Below, piece after piece: positions 55,036-64,000 of a stretch of DNA of 64,000 nt. The position numbers and the translations under genes were made by a program. The first letter of the stretch is position 1; each line of letters begins with the position of its first letter. Source of the DNA: Schmidtea polychroa (taxonomy: Eukaryota); NCBI GenBank assembly GCA_044892525.1, contig CM097885.1, positions 46,066,001 to 46,130,000 of the forward strand, read 5' to 3'. The notes beneath the pieces were generated by a model. That model searched no databases. It was not told where the DNA came from and was given only the letters and a program-made list of their open reading frames with translations.

Positions 55036-58000
55036 TCCCATTTCACTATGGTGCGTATGAAATATTAAGTCGAATTCATCAGGCGAGAGGTGACAATAAA
55101 AAGGCTAGCGAAGTATCTAAACGTACAAATTTTGAAATTATTTTATTATCAATATTTTAGTTTTATTTTACATCTGCAATGTGTGACCCTAAAAATTCTA
55201 ATAAATGGCTAGTTTGCATAGAAAATACTGAACGTCTAGAAGGAATAGAAAAAGCCATCCAATTAACTAAATTGTCTATGAATCGTTGTAATACAATAGA
55301 TATCAGAGAAAAATTAGTCGGATTGCTTGAAAAGGGAGGATATGAAAAAGAAGCAATGAAAAGAAAACTAACCAATTTCGAAATGTCTGCCAGTGAAAAG
55401 AATCCAACAGTCATTAATGATATTGTTGAAGAGTTATTTTTTATGTCAGAAAAGTTTTATGTTTATAAAGACGTAAACCGATCGTGTAAATGTCTGGAAA
55501 TAGTAAATATGAAATATCCAACTCTAGTCACAGATGAGCAGAGATTTAGTCTCCTCAAGCAAATGTTCAGTGTGAATAGATTTCATGGTATATTATATGT
55601 GGTGAAAAATATCAGAGGAGTGGAAATCGATTTGAATTATCCCTCTAATTTATTGTCTTTTTCATCGGAAATTTCGTACGACAATAGGAAACAAATAACT
55701 TATTATGTACTCTTTGCTTCAATCCATTTAGAAATGATAGTATTTGTTGAGAGCCCATCATTTATTTTATTTATGAAAGATATTATCGATAAATCTGATT
55801 GGTATTTGACTATTTGTCATAAACTGTATGACATGAAAAATTATAAAATCGCATTAAATCTTCTAGAGAATCTTGGAGATATGGCCGATGTGAGTTATAT
55901 TTCTTTTTTGTAAAAGCTATTTTAAATAATTTGAAAATTAGAAATTTAAAATGACCTTCAATAATCAAAGTACTTAAACATCTCTAATCATTAATATTGC
56001 ATTAACTCTGAATATCTAAAGCCGTGGTTCTTAACCTTTTCAAACTTATGGACCCCATAAATATATAATTGGTACTGACGGACCCCTGAAATTGACAGAA
56101 TTAAATAACACCCGCGAGTTAAAAGAAAAAAACTTCAACTAAATTTAACTTTATTATAGCAACAATAAAAACTTCAAATCAATGCAAAAAGAGAATAGTA
56201 TCATAGCAACGTGTAAATATTTACAAAAAAAGTACCTACTTAGAATTAAATTTTTTAACATAAAAATTCAAATGTTAGAATTTTGATGCTACAAAACAGT
56301 AAAGAAATGTTATTTATTATATTAGTTACAATATCAAGATAACATAAAAAAATTATTTACGATTTTTTGTAAATAGTGCCGCGGACCACTTGGAACCCGT
56401 TCGCGGACCCCCTGGGGGTCCATGGACCCCAGGTTAAGAACCACTGATCTAAAGCTTATTGAATCAATTAAGAGTTTCATTACAGTTCGGAAAGTACCAC
56501 AGCTCGAAACAAGGGCGTAGTCAGGAATTTATAGAGGGAGGTTTTTAGAAACATTTAAATTTTAACTATAAACAACTTTTGAATGGGAATTAATTTTTAT
56601 TGTCTTACATTTATTTTGCAAAAATCAGACATTAAATTTTATTCTTCGAGCTACTTTTGACATTTCAAAAATTACTTCATCGACGCTTATCTTTTTATTG
56701 CGGTAAACACTTAGCAATGTCAATACATTTAGTCGCTCTTCAGTCATGGTAGTGCAGTTATTCGCTTTAATTTTTTTCAGTTTGCTGAAGCTCCTTTCCA
56801 AATGCAAATTTGAAGATGTTCATGCACCGAAATTGGCTTATTTTCGGTTTTGGATAACTTCAGTTGCCAAAGATTGATTTCTGCTTTCAATTGACTACTC
56901 GTAGCCTCCAAAAGGCAACCATAGAAGGTCAAAAGTTTGTCAACTTGCATATAAATCTCATTATCACTCGAAATTGAGCTGCACAAAATTGGCTGAAAAC
57001 CTTTGAAAATTTCTGTGTGTATTTATGAAACTTTTCCTTTAACTCATAAGAGAAACTTGCAACCAAAGGAATCAAGAGCAATTTGTAAAATTCCGATGGC
57101 TCTGATGTTGAATTAACAATTTGAGGTCGTCCACAATTCTTTGGTTTTGAAATTTGAATCTCATAATTTTCTGCAATATTCATTGCTTTGAAGATTTCTG
57201 CAAATGCCATCGTAGATTCTGTTTCAATTGTTTGGAAGTATTCAATAATATTTTGAGACATTTCAACTGCTTGCATGAGGTCATTCAATTCCGCTTGTAA
57301 ATAGCGACTTAGTCCAACAGTATTGCCTGAAGTAAAGTCAAGAGTGAAAAATGACACAACGAAAGTTTGAGCACTGAATTCAAATAACCACTTGCTTCAC
57401 TTGAACTTCCATCTTTACATTCGCTTATTTCTTGTAGTCACTCGATAATAGGATCAGAAGGTTCGATAAATGTTGACGTGGTTTGATGTCGTTCAATGAA
57501 TATTTCTCAAATTTTTCTTCATGGTTTCGTGACATTTTTCCTGAATGCACTTTGAAAGAACATTTTGACGTTTTGGTGTGTTAAAAGAAATGTAGATGTT
57601 GTGGATTAACTCGTTGCAGTTTGTAATTAAATTAATGTCACAAGCTTCTGTTAATGCTAGATTCAAGCAATGGCTAAAGCAATGAACATAAATTGCTGTC
57701 GAGTGCAAATCAATTACATGCGTTTTGACACACCAAATCGTACTCCTGACATAACTGCAGCACCATCGTAGCCTTGTCCCAAACAAAATGACATATCGAT
57801 GTTCATGTCTTGAAATGCTTTGAGTATTTCATTGAAGATATTTGCAGCTGTTTGATTGGTCAAGCTTATAAATTTAAGAAAGTCTTCCTTAACGATCAAT
57901 GTTTTTGTGTCTAGTTAATGAACGCTAATAGCTAATTGTTCCACATTTGCTCTGTCAGAAGTTTCATCAGCATTAATCTTATCAGTACGACGCTTGATAA

Positions 58001-61000
58001 TAATTTTCTCAATTATATTGATTATTTCATTTTGAATTGTTGGATTCAAATATGATGCATTTCTTTGAGCTCCTTCAATCATTTTCTTAAAATTACAGTC
58101 TGACTCAGCACGCCATCAAAGCAAAGATCAAAAATTTCCATCATTAGCGGAATCTTCAGTTGAAAAAAATGCTCCTCCATCCTTCGTTCCTCTCAAAGCT
58201 ATGTTTTGTTGACTGCAGAGTATAATTGTCTCGATAATCGGTTCGATTATTGCACGATTTTTCTGCTTTCATATCTCTATTTTTTTGTATCTCTTTTTTT
58301 TTGCTTAACATAATTTTATTATAAGTACAAATAGGCCAGTCGGGCATAAGGGGAGAAATTCTCGACCTTTTAGTATTCTAAGGCTTTTAGGTTATCTTCA
58401 ATGGACGCTGTGTCTAGGACTCAAGCGTTAAACGTGGAATTTGATTGTTGTCTGGTGTAACCACAAAACTGTCTATATATGGCGCAGAGCAGAACATTGA
58501 TTGAAGTTTGATTGGGCATTTGATATTGGAAGTTATTTGACTTAATTGAGTTGACTTATTGTTTGGTGTACACATAGATTAGCTATTGGGACTCGACTGT
58601 TCTGAATTTGGATTATGGTGGTTGATTGATTATAAGGTTAAAAGGCAGTAGTGATGGGGCTAAGCAGTGAGCTGACAGGAAGCAAAGCTCCGTGAGTTAT
58701 TGCGCTTCTGATGGAAACAAATTGAATAGATTTTTTTATGATAATCTGTATTCTCGTGGCTTCCAAAACTCTCCAGTGACTTACGCCAGTTGCTTAAGCC
58801 ATCCAAAGTCAACTTTCCCCCAATTTTCTCTTCCAAAGAAATAGCAGTATTTGCCAAATGCTCTATCAGCAGACTTCGATTATGCAAGACATGAGTAGGA
58901 TTGTATTTATTTGCATTGAAAACGGAGAAGATTACCGCGCTCATTAGCTGTCTTTGGATAAATGTATGCTGCTTCTGGATTTGTGATGGTTGAAATTGCA
59001 CAAAGTTTTTCCTCTTCGGTCATTAGATCTGGATTAAAAAATTTGATGTCAATAGGCAGAGTAAGTAAAGCAATGTCAAGACTGCTCGGAAAACTGCCGC
59101 CGAGTGTGTGTATATTGAGACTCAAGTTGAGATGCTTCAGGAACAGATTGAACATTATCGATACCTTGACATGGTTCGCTGAGTTTCGGAATTTTAGAAA
59201 AATAACTTTAAATCTTATTTTTTTGACCTTGTTTCATTTTCTGTTACAAGGAGAACAATGTATTATTTGAATAAAGTATAATATCAATTTAACTTATCGA
59301 TTTAGCAGGTTATATATAAAAATGTCAATATTACCAAAATGGTAAATTATAGAAGTGAGTCGAAATAATATTTAATAATTTAAACATTAAAACAATTTAA
59401 CGTTTATAATAGATAAAATAAGTAGAATGTCAGCATAATTACTAGGGCAACAAGTTGCAACTATTGCAATTTTCGCAATTTTCATTTTTTTGTTGATGTA
59501 TGCTAATTTATATAACATTTTAATGAAAGGCATAAAATTAATTAGTAAAAAGCGAAAACAATGTTTCTTACGTATTTATATTGGAGGGGGATTTAACGCC
59601 CAACCCGTCCCCCACCCCCTGGCTCGAAATAATATAAATTTTTTTTATTGTCGAAATATAAAATAGAAATTTAAAATGACCTTCAATAATCAAAGTACTT
59701 AAACATCTCTAATCATTAATATTGCATTAACTCTGAATATCTAAAGCTTATTGAATCAATTAAGAGTTTCATTACAGTTCGGAAAGTACCACAGCTTGAA
59801 ATAATATATATATATCTTTTATTTTTGTAGCTATTATTTGACATTTATTTTCAATGATCATTTCACAAAAATTATCTAAATAAATAAACGACAATGGCTT
59901 CATGTACAATTAAATTTGAAGTCTATTTAATAATATTTGAGTTTTCGATTAAAATTACAGTTAGACATAAATTTAAATTAATTAATTAACTTCATCTATA
60001 AAGTTTTTATTACATAATATGGAAGTTATAAAAGAAATATATGATAAAATTATACAAATTATGCATCATTCATCAGAGAAAAGTGGATTTTCAGATAACA
60101 TTGCAATAAAACTATCATGTTGTCGATTGACATTCAAAGTTATTAGATAAAATTCAAATCAAAAATTTTTTAATATTTAATATGATAAAAAATATTTGGA
60201 ATAAAAATGCAATGTTGTCGATTAATATTAAAATTTATTGATTATGTATTTCAATATTGAAAACGCATTTAATTAAATTCGAAAAAAGGTTTCAAGCTTT
60301 GATTTAAGCAACTTAGATTTTCTAAAACTTTTGCCTATCAATTTCGACTTTGAAATATATGAATTTAGTATAATTTTAAATAATTTTCTAGAAATTAGCC
60401 TCATTAAAACTATTTGGGAAATGTCAAGAAGCTTTGGGTTTCGATAATGATGCGTTGTGTACATATGATAATATCATAAACAATGTGACTGGACAGGATG
60501 CAACTGTTTGGGAATTGAAAGCAAATTTGTTGTACAGATTAAAGAGAGAAGAGGACGCAATTCAAGTTTTAGGTGAAAGCCAAAAATTTATATACATTAA
60601 TGTTCCTCAAACTAATCTCGTCAATCGATGTAAGCCCAATAAGGACAGTATTCAGTTACTGTATAAACTCTGCAATTTACTCTACAAAGAAAAACGATTT
60701 GAAGATTTTATAAAAGTCTCATGGAAGTTCCTTTTCATTGATTCGTACGAATATTTCCAAGTAAATAAAGTTGAACTGTGTTGCGAAGACATAGCATTTG
60801 CAAAATCGAGAATTTCAGAAATTCAAAACAATATCTGGCTTTGTATATCAAAAACTCTCGATGCTAATGGCCATTGTGTCTTTACTACGACTCATTTGAA
60901 AATGGGTGACGGCTCAACGTATGATATATTGAAAAAGTTACTGGATCTTTTTGTAGCATCCGGAGAAGATTATTCAGAGTTACTTGAACTGTTGTCTCAA

Positions 61001-64000
61001 TGGGGATTGGTTTTAACGAAAATTCTCAGCTGGCAACATTCTATCCGATTGAATCTATCTGTGATCTATGTGACAACGGCTATAAGAAATCGAATAAAAA
61101 ATTATCGGTTAAGACAAGATGTTTCTGGAAATATGATTTTTCAAGAGTTGAGAATTCTGAAAACTAAAGTAATTGTCATTTCGACTGATACATGTTTTAA
61201 CGCATTTAAACTTTACAGTATGCAGAGAATATTCAATTTTGGAACTTATTCCTTATTTATGCGTATTTTATTGGCGCTAATAATGACAGATTCGTTCTTC
61301 GAAATTTACCAGTTGTAAGTATCTCTATTGTTGACGTTATTTAGTAATTATTTTTATTAAAACTCAAATAAATCGATTTACAAAAAATTAAAAATGTGCT
61401 ATTTATAACTCTATTACTTTTGAATATATCGAAATTATACTCAACAATGTAAAACATATATTGTGAGTGATCAGCGGTAACATTAAGATTTGTGACAATA
61501 AAAGAAATGCAGAGCCGTAGCTAGGGGGTGGAGAATGGGGCGACCGCCCCGGGCGCCGAGTCGAAGGGCGCCAAAACTGTGAAATGATCATTTAATTTTT
61601 TTTTGCTTTTCTTTCTTTTTTTCATATTAAATTTTTATGTTCTGCTTTCCATGTTTACTGTTTTCAAAAGTTAAACTAAAACAAAACTGTTTTGCTGGTC
61701 TATTTAAAGGTTTTTGCAAACGGCCAACTAAATCCGAAGGTGGCTGATCATGAAAACAGTTTTGAGCATAGAAAATGCTACTTAACCTGGAAAGATCTTG
61801 AAAATCGTTTGAAAGAAGGAAGAACAATTGATGATAATCTTTAATTTAATTTATCTTTAATTTCTTTTATTTAGAATTTAATGTTAAATGTTAAAGTTTA
61901 TCACTTGATCTTTTCAAATATATTATAATAGTAATCTTAATAGGAACTTAATGATCAAAACTCTGAATTTAGGTTTAATAAATACGGAGTAAATAAATTT
62001 TCAATATTAATGTATATACATATGTATAATAAATATTTATAATTTATTGGTTTTCGTTATAATATAAGTTTGGTTAAGCATTGTATAGCTTTGTATCTTA
62101 ATTTGACTCATCAAGACCAATTCCATTACTGTAAGTACATAATTAATGGGAGTGGTGGATTCTTTTGGTACCAGGGGCGCCAAATTTCAATCTCGCCCGG
62201 GCGACATTTTCCCTAGCTACGGCCCTGAAGAAATGGATAATTTTTGTTTAAAAAATGATTGATTTCATTATTTATTTATTTTCAATTTTAATTATCTTCA
62301 TTGTTTTCAGACTAAAAGTCAATATTTTTATTTATTTGATAATAATTGATTTAGTTAAATTGAAAGATGAATATATTTAAGATTTTAAATCAATTTTATT
62401 GGATGAATATTTAATTTATTAAAAGAAACTATGAAATGCTTGTTTACTTTGATTTCTTGTATACTGTTTATCAATATTTTATTTTGTAAACGAAAGAAGA
62501 TTAACCGTGGAGAAGATAAATAATTTTTTAAAGAAGATTAAATTCTATTTGAATAGAAATGGTGATAGATGTGTTGTGATATCTTGGGGAAAAGGTTAAT
62601 TTTTCTAAATTAAGTTTTCTCAATAATTTTGTATTTATTTCGTAAAAATATGCCTCTTCCTAATGTTTATTATTTATATACATATAACGTTAGGTTACAT
62701 TACCTTTGCAAATTCATATTTATATCAATATTTATTGATTAATAATAAAGTTTATTGGCACGATATAATTTTAAAATGACAATAATATTTTCCCCATCAA
62801 AATTAAAATAATTTTATTTGAATACTAGTTTGAATATTCTTACCAGACTGACTAAATAAGATTGCTTCCAAAGCCTGATCTTGGTGATATTATGAATCTT
62901 ATTAAAGTTTTGGTTGGTTTATTTTATTTGCTTCGTTATAATCAAAGGGCACGGTATTTCTAAATTCCATTATATTATTTAATGGTAAAAGTCAGAATAG
63001 TCGAATATGGAAGTCAAAAAAAGAGTCGACAGATCGTGAAAAATTAGCTGACTGCAAACCAAAAAAAATAACCGACATCCAAAATATCCCAAAAAAATCG
63101 TCGACAAAAATCGTGAAAAATTAGCCGACAACTAATGAGAGGCTGAACAAGAGGAGAGTGTGCAAGCCATGCAGCAGCAAACATATCTTCCACTTGCAAT
63201 TGTTTGTAAAATCTGTCTCATTGATATATTGAAAACCCTTGCGACATTTTGAATGTGAGTAGTACCCTGGTGTCCAATACCCATAGCGGGACAGAATATC
63301 TTGTCGGATAAACTCTGACTATATAATAATAATCACATATTAAGAATATACACCCATGTTAAACAAGGTATGTGTATATAGAATGTGTGTAAAATTGTAA
63401 ATTATCGCTCATTATTGACAAAAAATTGTATTATTTTTTACCCCTAAAGATTCAACTATTTTTTAGGATTTAATATTGTCGACTATTTCTTTGTACTACA
63501 TTTTCGACGATTTTTTCGGGTTTCAACATTGGCGACGATTTTAACCAATTAAAGCTTTTTTTCTTTGGCGACGATTTTTTTGGCTTCCATATTCGACTAT
63601 TCTAAACCTCACCTTATTCAATTAGCCATTGTAAGTTACATTCACTTTAAAATGATCTTTTCTCTAGCTTTTATGAAAGTGGAATTGATGTTTACTTGAA
63701 TTCATATTTACAATTAAATACTTTTTTATTAATAGGTTAAAAACAATTATCCACTAGAAATGATCAACGCTGGTTTTATTTTAATATGCAGTGCTAAATT
63801 GAGTCTGGGTAATAACGATAAGAATACTGATAAAACAAATAATTATTAATCTTTTAGCTATCAATAGTAAACTATTCGATGAAAACAGTGAAAATCCTCA
63901 GTTATGTCTGCATTTAGCGATAACGTTAATTAATGCAGCATTATCAAGGAATTGTCGAAAAAGCTGGAAACTAACTTTTCTGGTAGGTAGCCTAATACTT
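55036..64000 (+). CDS. GTF3C3: GTF3C3-like copy 2, downstream exons (55036-55112, 55161-55889, from 60392, from ~63860); runs off the window
   Basis: Near-identical paralog of 714-4765, with extra transposon insertions in introns. Confidence 0.8.
56022..56446. mobile_element. hAT-type MITE, 425 bp
   Basis: TIRs CCGTGGTTCTTAACCT / AGGTTAAGAACCACTG; TSD ATCTAAAG; absent from gene copy 1. Confidence 0.9.
56510..59621 (-). mobile_element. hAT transposon (3112 bp) with a fragmented ZMYM1/DUF4371-type transposase
   Basis: TSD GCTCGAAA; CAAGGGCGTAG terminus; GLSNWRK..SHE, GQGYDGAAVMSG, YVHCFSHCLNL and ERSFSKLK motifs split across frames. Confidence 0.9.
61510..62227. mobile_element. Non-autonomous hAT element, 718 bp
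   Basis: TIRs CAGAGCCGTAGCTAGGG / CCCTAGCTACGGCCCTG; TSD AAGAAATG. Confidence 0.9.
62984..63613. mobile_element. Mutator-like (MULE) MITE, 630 bp
   Basis: Long imperfect TIRs (AGAATAGTCGAATATGGAAG / CTTCCATATTCGACTATTCT), GGT...ACC ends, 9-bp TSD TTATTTAAT/TTATTCAAT; the empty site is visible in copy 1. Confidence 0.8.

Noticed and set aside
58907-59270. Separate small genes inside the hAT element
   Set aside because: Best explained as frameshifted transposase N-terminus and its antisense frame.

Overview
AT-rich eukaryotic DNA with 40-50 nt introns. The host is probably an invertebrate, and a planarian flatworm is my guess. The backbone is two tandem copies of a TFIIIC TPR subunit gene (GTF3C3/Tfc4-like). 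Copy 1 runs from before the window to 5814. Copy 2 starts at 18202, runs past 64000, and has a ~36 kb intron (18872-55035). The centrepiece sits antisense in that intron: a ~30 kb (21585-51541), apparently intact and very young Ty3/gypsy element with 3858-bp LTRs (TGTTGGG...CCCAACA), a 4-bp CTTA target-site duplication and a tRNA-Pro-type PBS. It is organised like a complex virus. Gag and a 3618-aa ORF share one frame, separated by a single UGA. The long ORF reads UBL - Bcl-2-like - chuvirus/gB-like envelope - PR - RT - RH - IN - ankyrin repeats - membrane protein. Separate ORFs encode an IAP-type RING, a full-length TRAF, three coiled-coil proteins and a membrane protein, and each LTR carries a candidate regulator. 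This apoptosis/NF-kB/ubiquitin-type cargo is the main candidate for an undescribed system. Also present: a decayed gypsy element with 117-bp LTRs holding a BEL/Pao-type element whose LTRs captured a proteasome alpha (PSMA6) fragment, an older relative of the giant LTR, a second decayed gypsy pol, a hAT transposon and several MITEs. All domain calls are by eye from sequence motifs; no database searches were run.
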